DNA of 64,000 bases, taken from NCBI RefSeq assembly GCF_001194135.2, contig NC_068988.1, positions 71,029,513 to 71,093,512 of the forward strand. The letters are read 5' to 3'. The position numbers and the translations under genes are program-made. The number at the start of each line of letters is the position of its first letter. The stretch's first letter is position 1. Of the stretch, positions 34,630-47,345 are shown one piece after another. The notes under the pieces were generated by a model, which was given only the letters and a program-made list of their open reading frames with translations, was not told where the DNA came from and did no database searches. The stretch comes from Octopus bimaculoides. Its lineage: Eukaryota.

Positions 34630-35682
34630 ACACACACGCATGCACATGCCCACACATGCACACACTTAAATGTCAGACGTCGATGGTTGAAGCAAAATCC
34701 TCTAAGGTTTCCTACTATTTTTTATCTCTGCAATTGAATAGACTAAGTAGAACGCACTAACTTTTCTTTTCTAACTTCCATATTACTTTGCTGGAGTTAT
34801 TTAAATCGTTTATTAAGAGTGAGTGTCAGATAAAACAAATAATTTCAACGCTGATATTACTGTCAATGCTGATAGCATTAACTCAGGGCAGATCAGATAA
34901 TACTAGAATATCCATGTAATTTATCAGATGTAATGTTATGCTTCTAGAAAATTCCATAAGAACCTCATTATAAGTAGATCAGATTTATTTGGGTAGGAAG
35001 AATTTTACATCACACAATTTTATATTTTTTATGATTTTAACAATAAGATTTTTTCCTCCGCGCTATTTTTATCCCTGCGTGATAATCGGCCAGTTACCTT
35101 GTGTAGGTAAACAGTTTGTTTGTTTGTTTATTTATTTATTCATTTATTTACTTACTTTTTTAGATCAGCGGTTGCCTGAGCAACAAGTTTTTCCTCTGAT
35201 ATTATACACAGGGAAGGTAAAAGTCGAAAGAGCTTGGCACAAATGTCATCCCAATGCCATTCCTATCGTTGGCATTAAAATCATTACTGTTAAAGCGCAC
35301 ATATAACTCAAGACATCTCATCCCATCTTACATTCCTGGATTGGTATTTTATTTACCCATTCTGAAAGAACGATTAGTAAAGTTGACCTTGGTATGGTTG
35401 GGAACAAATTCAGCAAGGCTTTCTCTCCGGCACTCTTACCTTCCTGCTTATATAATTTGGTGCCTTATCTTCATTCGATGTTTACGATGACTCGAATGAT
35501 AAATGAATGGATAGGATTTTCAACGTAAATCCCAATAACAACAAGCTATATTTTATAATGGACATGACATGTGAACTTCATTAAATTAACTCTAGCAGTT
35601 TTGGTTCTTATTTATCAAACCTGGATGAAGCAAAAGAGAAGTTGAAACAAGCAGCATTTGAAATCAGAAACAAAGAGACGAT

Positions 35683-36114
35683 TGTGTAGTGGCGCGAAAT
35701 TATAGCCGCCATTGAGGAAGTACTATTCTGCGCATGCGCAGGGGACTTCACCACCGGAAGCCCCTCGAGTGCGCATGCGTAGTAAAATTGGTTCTTAAAG
35801 AGAGAGTTTCACTTGTTAGGCAGTTGAGCTCAGACCTTCTACGTGACAACTCCTCGCTCCTCAACGAATTACCACTTCACCTCGATGCCTTCGATGGTGA
35901 TAGCTACTTGTTTCTCTGGCAGGCATCAAGGAAGCCCTTAACCTTCCATTACCAAACTACAATCTAATCAGCGTCTGCTAAGCTGAATGACAGGAATTGT
36001 GAAACCAAGCATCATCATAAATAAAACCTTTTTTATTATATTGTTAATTGTTCTATTGTCTCTTCATATATAATTGTGTTGAAAGGTGATAGAGGGACTA
36101 AAGTCTCTATGACA
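35683..36114 (+). mobile_element. Probable solo LTR
   Basis: TGT...ACA termini, imperfect 5-bp TSD ACGAT/ACTAT, AATAAA 36020-36025, promoter motifs in the 5' part. Confidence 0.5.
35705..35780. promoter_or_regulatory. Cluster of YY1-, NRF1- (x2) and ETS-like motifs
   Basis: GCCGCCATT 35705-35713; TGCGCATGCGCA 35729-35740; ACCGGAAG 35753-35760; TGCGCATGCGT 35770-35780. Confidence 0.55.
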
Positions 36115-36422
36115 ACTATCAAACTTTTACAATTGTATTATAGAACATAAGGTCTGAACCTCATCTAAATCACTGCAAGTCGTCAATTGCCCACGTACAC
36201 AATCCTTCTTTCACTATTCTTTTGCTGGTTTCGGTCTTTGCACTGTGACTATGCTAGAACACCGCTCCAAGGGTTTGAGTTGATTATATCGATACAGAAT
36301 AGTTGAGTGCTAATTTGTCAACTTCTGTTTATTGGTTAGCTAAGTCTACCTTTGGTATAAATCAATGCATAAATATTCTGCGATATTTTTATTCGAACTC
36401 ATCGATAGCTGTATGTCTGCTT

Positions 36423-36475
<53 letters not shown>

Positions 36476-36477
<2 letters not shown>

Positions 36478-38580
36478 CGCAGGAGCGGCTGTGTGGTAAG
36501 AAGCTTGCTTCCGCGCATGCGTCGGGTTAGTTGCTGTCTGGATTTTGTAAGAGTCGGACGTAGTTTTTTGTGTTGCTTGGAAGATGTACTCAGACCTTGA
36601 CGGGTCTGGGTTGTCGTCGGAGGAGGAGGAGCTGGTGAGGGTGGTTATAAAGATGGACGGAGTGTTGAAGACAAGGAGTTTGCTGAAGCCACGAAGGTGA
36701 AGCGAAGGGAGCTGGACTTGGCTGGTCTGAAGGAGTACGAGAAGATGGCTCAGAAGGTGGGCGGCAGATGGGTCCAGACCTCCAGATAGAGAAAAATTGG
36801 AGCGAGGTGGCCAGCAAGGTGACTGCTCTAACCCAGGCCTGGTCTGGGCAGGCGTTATCCTTGCTGGGGGGGGGGGCAGATATTTATAGCATCAGTAATC
36901 ACCTACCGTTTGACCGTGGTGCCTTGCTCCTATTTGTGGCTGAACAAGTTGAAGAGAATCCTTTTCCGCTTTTTGTAGAAGGGAGGGGAGCCACTTGTAA
37001 AGCGCTCTGTCTGCTGCCAGAAACCGCTAAAGGGTGGGCTAGGGATGCCTTGGCTGAAGATGCGAAAATTCATGTTGAGGTTGAGGCACCTCTGGCTTTA
37101 CCTGGATGGAGAGCAGCTGTGGTCATCGCACGTTCGGTTCTACCTTCCCCAGTTAACGTCCTTAACGGACATTGGTGCATGGATCAAGCGGAGACCTAAG
37201 CTGGGAGACTGGCATTTGGAGTGCCGTCAGGCGCTCCAGCTACTCTCTCGGGTGGGCAATGCCGGCAGCGCGGATTTCTATAGCTAGTTAGTGGAATTTT
37301 TTGTCAGAAGACGCCTTGGGGGAGACCCTTGGCTACGGTAAAAATCAGTTGGTCAACCTCTTCAGGAGAACGTTCGGCCCGGAGTATCTGGATAATTACC
37401 AGAAATCCCTGGCTTGACAATGCTTCCGTGCGGCGTAACTTGTTCGTGACAAGCTGTCCAGACACTGAAGTGCCGTCTCGCCAACATGCCCGAGATGTGG
37501 GCAAGATAAGGAAACCGTCTTGCACGCATTCGTGGAGTGTCCGGAGTTATCGAGACTGATAGCTTTTGTCGAACAATTGTTGTCAGTGATGGGAAGAGTA
37601 CAGCTATAGGCTGAGTCTATCATCGAGATTTATGCCACCTCCTTTCCTTAACAGGGAATGGAAGACTTGTTTTCTCTGCGTAGTAGCCATACTGAAAGAA
37701 ACAGTATGGAAGACGCGTGTGAAAGGTATAGTGACAGGTTCCTTTGTCTCTGGCCAGGGGCTGGTTAACTTGTTTAGTTACCACCTCGGTAGTAAGATTA
37801 GGCTGAGGAAGAAGTGTCTGTCACAAGATAAGTTTGTGAAAAGATGGAAGCCTGTGGTGAGCAAGCTGGGTGTAATTTGCACCAGGTAAGTGAGGTCGGG
37901 TTAAAAAGTAAAGGTTCTACCCAGATAGCCGGGTGCTTTTCTTTCAACGGTCTTCATTGCGGAACGCAATGACTTATTCAAAATTTTAAATTTTTATTGC
38001 ATATTTCATCGATTCATTTTTCCATCCGATTGATTTGACATTTTTAAAACGTAAAAGCTTCTTCACCCTTTATGTTTGTCTGTCCTTGTTTGTCCACTCT
38101 CCGTAATGCCTGTATGGCAAATCTATATGAAATAAAGAAGCTTGCTTCCCGACGACATGGTTCCGGGTTCAGTCCCACTGCGTGGTACCTTGGGCAAGTA
38201 CCTTCTACTATAGCCTCGGGCCGACCAAAGTCTTGTGAGTGGATTTGGTAGATGGAAACTGAAATACTGTCGTATATATATATATATATATATATAGCAA
38301 TGTTAATTCTCTAAATGAAGTATTAACAGTAACTGCACGATAAAGTGTAGTATATTGCCACTTGTGTGTTTGCCCCCACCACCATCATTGCTTGACAACC
38401 GATGCTGGTGTGTTTACGTCCCCGTAAAATAGCGCGTCGGCAAAAGAGACTGATAGAATAAATAGCAGGCTTACAAAGAATAAGTCCTGGGGTCGATTTG
38501 TTTGACAAAAGCGGTGCTCCAGCATGGCCGCAGTCAAATGACTGAAACAAGTAAATGAATAAAAGAGTAAAAGAATATAT
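36476..38580 (+). mobile_element. SINE family A split by a LINE insertion (head 36476-36512; remainder 38135-38580)
   Basis: Head resumes exactly after the duplicated AAGAAGCTTGCTTCC. Confidence 0.88.
36513..38134 (+). mobile_element. 5'-truncated Tx1/L1-clade LINE (ORF2 C-terminus), 15-bp TSD
   Basis: WSEVASKV..AWSG.ALSL, KGGLGMPWLKMR, CCHC knuckle CPRCGQDKETVLHAFVEC (37487); TSD 36498-36512 and 38135-38149. Confidence 0.88.
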
Positions 38581-38834
38581 GCACAAATACACGCATATAT
38601 ACATATATAAATACACATATACATGCACATATATGCATATATATGTGCATACATACAGATATACGCACATACATTCATAGCCTACAGAGAGAGAGAGTTT
38701 CCGTCAACTAAATATTACAAAATATATCGAGCACTTTACTGCTCGATACCGTCACTGCGTGGTTGTGAAGCCTTGCCTGTACACATATTACATACTATTA
38801 TTTTTTTAAGGCGACTACCTTGCAAAATCGTTCC

Positions 38835-39000
38835 CAGATATAAATACTTAGCGGCAATTCTTTGCATTCTGAGTTCAAGTTCTGCCAAGGTGGACTTTGC
38901 CTGTCATCCTTTCGGAAGCGATGAAATAAGTACCAACTAAGTAGTGGAGGTCAATGTATCAACTAACCTTCAAACAAAATTACAGTCCATGGGCTTATAT
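38835..39000 (+). mobile_element. SINE family B, decayed
   Basis: CTGAGTTCAAGTTCTGCCAAGGTGGACTTTGCCTGTCATCCTTTCGG..ATAAGTACCA. Confidence 0.7.
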
Positions 39001-39543
39001 TAAAAAGAGGTTAATTATTCTGGTTTGTTTTCCACGAGCAGGCACAGGGCTATTATAATTCAAAGGTGAAAAGAATGGACTCTTGTAAGGATCATGTGTT
39101 TCCACATATCAAAATGAATTAGATATAACTTGGAATTAAAAGCGAATCACAGCGTCAGCTGGCTCGGAACCAATTTGTTATTATATCTCATTCACCACAT
39201 GTCGCGTTATTATATAATAGTCAATCAAAACAGATGACTAATGGTTAGTTGATGTTGCAAGCAGCAGGAAATATGTGGTTTAATTTTCATATGAGTCTAG
39301 AAAAATAACAAAAAAAATAACGGAGTTAGAGATAATTATAACAACAGAAGATTTAACTGAATGATTTACTATTTTGTGTCGACAGTCTGAAAGTTTACCC
39401 TTTCCTTATCGCAGCTGCACTATTCAGATAATTAATACCAGCAAAGTACAGTATTTTGATTCAGTTATAATCATTATAATCATTCAGTTATAATCATTAC
39501 TCACATCATTTTATACTAAGTGTAATATATTCTGCGATACGTT

Positions 39544-39962
39544 ATTTTCTACTCGAGGCGCAAGGTCCGAAATTTGCGGGGAGAGAGACCTGTCGTTTAG
39601 ATCGACCCTAGTACGCAACTGGTACTTAATTTATCGACCCCGAAAGAATGTAATTCTTCTCTAGGTGCAAGACCCGAAATTTTGGGGGAGGGGGCCAGTC
39701 GTTTAGATCGACCCTAGTACGCAACTGGTACTTAATTTATCGACCCCGAAAGAATGTAATTCTTCTCTAGGTACAAGGCACGAAATTTTGGGGGAGAAGG
39801 ATCTGTCGTTTAGATCGACCCTAGTACTCAACTGGTACTAAATTTATCGATCCCGAAAGGATGAAAGGCAAAGTCGACCTCGGCGGAATTTGAACGTAAA
39901 GACAGACGAAATACCGCTAAGCATTTCGCCCGGCGTGCTAACGATTCTGTCAGCTCGACGCC
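39544..39962 (-). mobile_element. SINE family B with triplicated 3' ~106-bp segment
   Basis: GTTTAGATCGACCCTAGTAC starts at 39595, 39701 and 39808; single head 39860-39962. Confidence 0.9.
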
Positions 39963-40059
39963 TTATATTCTGCAATATATTAAACTATGATTTTAACCAA
40001 ATTAACGTAAGAGTACTCACCCATAATTCTTTCTTTTTTTTTTTTATAAAAGACACATC

Positions 40060-40815
40060 ATCATCATCATCATCATCATCATCTTGTTACTATCATTATG
40101 AGCACGATCGACGTTGTTGTCAGCATCATTATCTTTCCAGCCTGCAAGTCAACAACCATCATTACAACCACTGCCGCAGTCATTAGCATCATGACAACCG
40201 TTGTCATTGTCGTCATTTTGTTCATCATAATCGTCGTGATCTGGATGGAACCTTCCTACGTTAGCCTAACATTACTAACAAGCCAACCACACAGCATGAC
40301 AAGAATGACAAGACAGCAACATGATCCTGGGCCAGACTGGAGTATGATGTTGTTATCCACCGTGTTGTAATCTGCAGCGTGTTACCCCCAGGTGATTGGT
40401 AAGCTACACCTGTGTTGACTAGATTTATTCAACTGCTTCATGAATCATCACCATCTTCACCACCGCTGCCGCCACAACGAACCACACAACCATTACTATC
40501 ATTACCATATGTAATATGAACATCTTTATCGCTGCAGCCATATCATCCTCTGCTTTCACTTCCTCCATTTCCTCTTCCCTCTCCGCTTCCTCCTTTTCCT
40601 CCACCTCTTCCTCCACTTCCTCCTCCTCCTCCTCCTCCTCCTCCCCTTCATCATCATCATCATCATCATCACCATCCTCATTATCATCACCCTCATTCTC
40701 ATCCTCCTCCCCCTCATCATCATCATCATCATCATCACCATCCTCATTATCATCAACTTCATTCTCAACCTCCTCCCCATCATCATCATCATCATCATCA
40801 TCATCATTATCATCT
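40060..40815. repeat. Low-complexity (CAT)n/(TCC)n/(CAA)n region
   Basis: Degenerate trinucleotide tracts; the poly-Ser, poly-Glu and poly-Met ORFs are artefacts. Confidence 0.9.
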
Positions 40816-41180
40816 TAAAATTATATAAAAAGCATCTCTGAAATAAATCAACATCTTATCACTCTCTCAATATCAACGATATCATCATCATTAACTTTAT
40901 CACCACGTGCCAGCGAAGGAACTTATATGCGATCGCTTGGTCTGCTGAAAATAGCAGTAAATTTATTTCCAGTTGCACCCTACCCTCTTAAATAAAGGAT
41001 TCGAAATAGACCTGGATATACAAAGTAAAAAAGAACGTGAATAATCATGGACAGAACAATTTTAGGTCAGCCTGATCAGGTTCTTATCTCGGTAGACTAA
41101 ACAACAAACAGCATCATTATTATCATTGTCCACCCGCATCAACATCACTATCTTCATCATCAGCAAATTATTATTATTAA

Positions 41181-41395
41181 GGTGGCGAGCTGGTAGAATC
41201 GTCAGCACGCTGGACGAAATGCTTAGCGATATTTCACGCGTCGCTACGTTCTGAGTTCAAATTCCGCCTAGGTCGACTTTGCCTTTCATCCTTTCAGGGT
41301 CGATGAAATAAGTACCAGCGAAACACTGGGGTCGATGTAAACGACTAGCCCCCTCTCCTAAAATTTCAGGCGTTGTGCCTTCAGTAGAAAGGATT
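41181..41395 (+). mobile_element. SINE family B
   Basis: GGTGGCGAGCTGGTAGAATCG..CTGAGTTCAAATTCCGCC..GCCTTTCATCCTTTCAGGGTCGATGAAATAAGTACCAG (central segment resembles the Nin/Deu SINE domain), (TTA)n tail. Confidence 0.88.
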
Positions 41396-41566
41396 ATTGT
41401 TATTGTCATTATTATTATTATTATTATTATTATTAGATTGTCATGTACAAATACCTGGTTGTCCTCTGTGTCCTAATTCTGTCTCCTCTTCCCTCTGTTC
41501 ATTAGTGTTGCTTATTAATTCTTGGAAGTTACGCATTTCCTTCTCCAACTTGTATTTTCATTTCAG

Positions 41567-41675
41567 TTCCGTATAGCCTCCATCATGAGGTTCCTAATCA
41601 TTAGTCTATGTTGAGTGCACATCCTTCATCGAGACAGAGTTCAAATTCACACTTAGTTCTTTATCCCATTTTCTG
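41567..41675 (+). other. Candidate orphan exon (109 nt)
   Basis: Strong acceptor TTGTATTTTCATTTCAG| and donor CTG|GTGAGT; all three frames closed near the 5' end, so UTR, start or non-coding exon. Confidence 0.35.
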
Positions 41676-42302
41676 GTGAGTATGAAGCCTTCTTGTCTGG
41701 CATTGATACGATGGCTGCTCGGCTTAATAAAATTTGTGTTGCTGGCTGCCATTCTAAGAGCAAATGGTTAAGGCATTTGCATCACAGGAATTTAAGAGCC
41801 CTGGCGCCACATCATCTCTTGTATCTTGGCCATAGTTATCATATGCACCGTAGTAACCATCCCGACGTTGTTTAGCATGTGTATTTCAGCTACCAGCGAT
41901 TAATAACGATGCGATTTTCGTCTGTTATAAAGTGGTTTGCAAGGAAACTTCATGGAAACTGTCTATTTCTCTATCAGTCTTGGTTGAGGCGCGGAGACAG
42001 AGATCACCGTTGCTGTTGTTTTGCATATAAGTATACTAAACTTAACTAATCTGCCATATATATTTTGACTACATAAATTACACAATCTAGTTTTAGTTTA
42101 GCTACAAAGAGAACTTATCGCAATAGAGTAATGGTGGTTGGGACTAAATTTTCCAGAACAGCGGAGACGGTGTGAAGGTGGGTATATTCACCCGTCTCAT
42201 TACAAGCATTTTGCTACATGTCTGAGAAAGATATATTTAGTTAGCACAGTAAAAACATTTTATGGATAGTCGGATGTATGTATGTATGTTTTTTAAGTTT
42301 TA

Positions 42303-42783
<481 letters not shown>

Positions 42784-42842
42784 TATGTATATGTGTGTGT
42801 GTCTGTGTGTGTGTGTGTCTGTGTGTGTGCGTGCATATATGT

Positions 42843-42896
<54 letters not shown>

Positions 42897-43288
42897 NNNN
42901 NNNNNNNNNNNNNNNNNNNNNNNNNNNNNNNNNNNNNNNNNNNNNNNNNNNNNNNNNNNNNNNNNNNNNNNNNNNNNNNNNNNNNNNNNNNNNNNNNNNN
43001 NNNNNNNNNNNNNNNNNNNNNNNNNNNNNNNNNNNNNNNNNNNNNNNNNNNNNNNNNNNNNNNNNNNNNNNNNNNNNNNNNNNNNNNNNNNNNNNNNNNN
43101 NNNNNNNNNNNNNNNNNNNNNNNNNNNNNNNNNNNNNNNNNNNNNNNNNNNNNNNNNNNNNNNNNNNNNNNNNNNNNNNNNNNNNNNNNNNNNNNNNNNN
43201 NNNNNNNNNNNNNNNNNNNNNNNNNNNNNNNNNNNNNNNNNNNNNNNNNNNNNNNNNNNNNNNNNNNNNNNNNNNNNNNNNNNNNNNN

Positions 43289-43320
<32 letters not shown>

Positions 43321-45118
43321 GTATTGATATTGATAGGAAGGACAACAAAAGAAAGAAAGAGACCTCGATATTATGTAAATAGAGGAATTTATATATATAT
43401 GTGTGTGTGTGTGTGTGTAGTGGCTTCATGCAGGCAGGCATAGCATGGATTCGTTTCTTGATCGCTAAATTTCATTTTTCTCACGGTGAAACAATAGTCT
43501 TTCTGTGAGTGATACCAGTTACATTTACCAGATACCTTCGCTAAGTAGAATTATGTCTTTGCCAATTTACCCTTCTAGCCTCTTCTAGGCCACCAAAAGT
43601 TAAAATTGCGATAACAGGTACCACCAATGAAATCTATTGTTCTCAACAATATGTCTATATTTCTAAGTAGTTTTGGATAGTTATAAATACTAGAGTTTGG
43701 TAAGTTAGTGAACAGAGACCAACTGGAGTCGTGGCCACAAGCAGGCAGTCACTAAAGACAAACGGCCAGAGGGAGAAAGAAGGTTACAACTAACCAACTA
43801 TGAGACACAACTTCCCACGACTTTATAACTTTCGTTAGCTCAATTTCTTTTCTCTTACATCATTCTATCACTATCTATGGTTTACTCTACAATAAGAACG
43901 TGTACACACATACCGGCCGAAATTAACTCTTTTTACCTCGCATGCTTTTCCATTTAAAAATTATACATACCAACCCGTTGTAGTTGTGGATATATACAAA
44001 GTAACGGTAAATAAATATTTCTTTACAACTTCGATCACTGTTCTTCGTTCACTTTGCACAGCTGCAACAGCAACACTCGTTAAAATCGCTAACTGCCTAC
44101 TCCAACATATAACACCAACAGTTANNNNNNNNNNNNNNNNNNNNNNNNNNNNNNNNNNNNNNNNNNNNNNNNNNNNNNNNNNNNNNNNNNNNNNNNNNNN
44201 NNNNNNNNNNNNNNNNNNNNNNNNNNNNNNNNNNNNNNNNNNNNNNNNNNNNNNNNNNNNNNNNNNNNNNNNNNNNNNNNNNNNNNNNNNNNNNNNNNNN
44301 NNNNNNNNNNNNNNNNNNNNNNNNNNNNNNNNNNNNNNNNNNNNNNNNNNNNNNNNNNNNNNNNNNNNNNNNNNNNNNNNNNNNNNNNNNNNNNNNNNNN
44401 NNNNNNNNNNNNNNNNNNNNNNNNNNNNNNNNNNNNNNNNNNNNNNNNNNNNNNNNNNNNNNNNNNNNNNNNNNNNNNNNNNNNNNNNNNNNNNNNNNNN
44501 NNNNNNNNNNNNNNNNNNNNNNNNNNNNNNNNNNNNNNNNNNNNNNNNNNNNNNNNNNNNNNNNNNNNNNNNNNNNNNNNNNNNNNNNNNNNNNNNNNNN
44601 NNNNNNNNNNNNNNNNNNNNNNNNNNNNNNNNNNNNNNNNNNNNNNNNNNNNNNNNNNNNNNNNNNNNNNNNNNNNNNNNNNNNNNNNNNNNNNNNNNNN
44701 NNNNNNNNNNNNNNNNNNNNNNNNNNNNNNNNNNNNNNNNNNNNNNNNNNNNNNNNNNNNNNNNNNNNNNNNNNNNNNNNNNNNNNNNNNNNNNNNNNNN
44801 NNNNNNNNNNNNNNNNNNNNNNNNNNNNNNNNNNNNNNNNNNNNNNNNNNNNNNNNNNNNNNNNNNNNNNNNNNNNNNNNNNNNNNNNNNNNNNNNNNNN
44901 NNNNNNNNNNNNNNNNNNNNNNTGGTTCAACGTTGGAAAATTGCCAGAAGGAAGAGGCTGAATAAAAGGAAGATAATGACGGTGACACGGTCAAACGAAT
45001 TTCTTCGTACGCGCGTGAGTGTATGTTAAAATGGTGTATGTGAGTGTCTATGTATGAATGGAGATGAGTGTGTGAGTATGTATGTGTGAGCGAGCTGAAA
45101 AATATGTGGACCTGTGTA

Positions 45119-45868
45119 CAGCCTTGGCCAAAAGTATTAGGACACCCCAATGTTTTGGGGTTCTGCTATCTCAATGTGAATGAAACTCGTGCACATGATA
45201 GATTATGGTATTTTTAACAATATACATTAGTCTTAATATCTGGTTGACTCTCCTTTAGCATCAATTATCGCTTTTATACTGTACTGTACTTATGCAGCCA
45301 ATTATGAGTTAGACCAACGTCCAAAATTAACTTATGTTTCCTTGATTATTTCAGAGTATTATGCTAAAATACATTGTAGATACAATTAATAAACAGTAAA
45401 ATTCCTAAAACAAGGGAGTTGAGTAAGTGTGAGCGAGGTGAAATCGTAGCTCACCATGAAGATGGAATGTTTCAAAAGCAAACTGCTCAGAAGATGAAAC
45501 GTTCTCGATGTGCAGTGCAAACGACTCTCAAGCGCTTCAGAGAGACAAAAGATGTGAAGACGATACAAAGAACAGGCAGAAAAAAAGTTACATCACCTCG
45601 TGATGATAGATCCATCATCCGTAAGTTGCTCAGAAACAGAAGAAAAACATCGTCGGAGCTCTGTGTGGACTTCAACAGGGCAGGTTAGAACTGTTAGAAT
45701 GTTAGAAGTAGGCTTGTAGAGTACGGTCTGGAAGGCTGTAAAGCCAGGAAGAAGCCATAGGTTTCTGAAGCGAATATTGAAAAGCGTCTTCGGTGGTCAA
45801 AAAACCACTCAAATTGGACCAGTGAGCAATGGTCGAAAGTCATATGGTCTGATGAAAGTAACTATGAG
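45119..45868 (+). mobile_element. Tc1-family transposon 5' part (TIR plus transposase to first catalytic Asp)
   Basis: TA|CAGCCTTGGCCAAAAGTATTAGGACACC TIR; paired-like HTH and TGRKKVTS; ARKKP; WSKVIWSDESNYE; frameshift and stops. Confidence 0.88.
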
Positions 45869-45930
45869 GTAAGATAGTACATGTATTCAATCAACATATA
45901 AACTTAATGTAACCGGTTTGTTGCTCAAAA

Positions 45931-46089
45931 TATTGGGTTGGCAACTAAATTACCGCCGTTTTTTTTTTAAATTTAATTTTTTAAAAATATTTAATAAAAA
46001 AATAACAACTAATTAATCAATATTGCATTCAGCCTTGTTGTTTACAACTTTTTCCCAACATTCAACAAGATTTTCAATACTTCGTTGGT
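45931..46089 (-). mobile_element. mariner 3' end nested downstream of the Tc1 fragment
   Basis: TA plus TTGGGTTGGCAACTAA TIR; - strand QRSIENLVECWEKVVNNKAECNID* is a mariner C-terminus; rest in gap. Confidence 0.82.
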
Positions 46090-47053
46090 NNNNNNNNNNN
46101 NNNNNNNNNNNNNNNNNNNNNNNNNNNNNNNNNNNNNNNNNNNNNNNNNNNNNNNNNNNNNNNNNNNNNNNNNNNNNNNNNNNNNNNNNNNNNNNNNNNN
46201 NNNNNNNNNNNNNNNNNNNNNNNNNNNNNNNNNNNNNNNNNNNNNNNNNNNNNNNNNNNNNNNNNNNNNNNNNNNNNNNNNNNNNNNNNNNNNNNNNNNN
46301 NNNNNNNNNNNNNNNNNNNNNNNNNNNNNNNNNNNNNNNNNNNNNNNNNNNNNNNNNNNNNNNNNNNNNNNNNNNNNNNNNNNNNNNNNNNNNNNNNNNN
46401 NNNNNNNNNNNNNNNNNNNNNNNNNNNNNNNNNNNNNNNNNNNNNNNNNNNNNNNNNNNNNNNNNNNNNNNNNNNNNNNNNNNNNNNNNNNNNNNNNNNN
46501 NNNNNNNNNNNNNNNNNNNNNNNNNNNNNNNNNNNNNNNNNNNNNNNNNNNNNNNNNNNNNNNNNNNNNNNNNNNNNNNNNNNNNNNNNNNNNNNNNNNN
46601 NNNNNAATAAGCGAGAGGGAGAAGGCGGTTAAGGGTGTGTATTTTGGAGGGATTAGAATGAATGGTGGCACGCACGAGGCGGCAGGAAGTGGAGTGGAAT
46701 ATGGGTAAGATGGCAGGAGCAGAATGGGAGGTAGGGTGGAAATGGAGGCGGAAACCTTTGGGATGAGGTTGTGATGAAGGCTGCGAATGAGAAAGGAAAC
46801 GTGACTAGAGAAAACTGGTTTTTTGAAAATGAGTAGCGAAAGAATAATAAAAGATTCAAAGCAGCAGGAAAGAAGCGTGGTAAGGTGTTTTTGAGGCGGT
46901 GGTGAAGGTGGAGGAGGAAGGATTTATAATTCGGCATACAGGAAAGAGGAATCGGAGAAAAATAAGTTAAAATGGAGGGAAAATTGTGTATGTGTGTGTG
47001 GGGGGTATTTATGTATACATATATATGAATATGTATATGTCTATGTATATGTA

Positions 47054-47345
47054 TGGCTTAGTTGTTAGGGTGTTGCACTCACGATCTAACGATCGTGATT
47101 TCAGTTCCTAGACCATAGATGCATTGTGGTCTTGAGCAAAACACTTTATCTCACGTCGCTTTACGATCACATACTTTAGCACATGACGCGTAGTACATAG
47201 TGCACCTGTTCAGACACAGTCGATTTGGTGGAGAGAGTGAGTTAATGCACGGTACGAATATTTGATCCTTATAAACAAATCATTTGTGTAGGTCGTTCGG
47301 CAAAAGCTGAACATTTATACGTCATCTTCGACGGAAAAGTCCATA
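47054..47345 (+). mobile_element. tRNA-derived SINE, further family (E)
   Basis: TGGCTTAGTTGTTAGGG..GATTTCAGTTCC head, GTCTTGAGCAAAACACTTTATCTC body, (ATGT)n tail. Confidence 0.65.

Noticed and set aside
40425-40818. Poly-Ser, poly-Glu and poly-Met ORFs
   Set aside because: Translation of (CAT)n/(TCC)n low-complexity DNA
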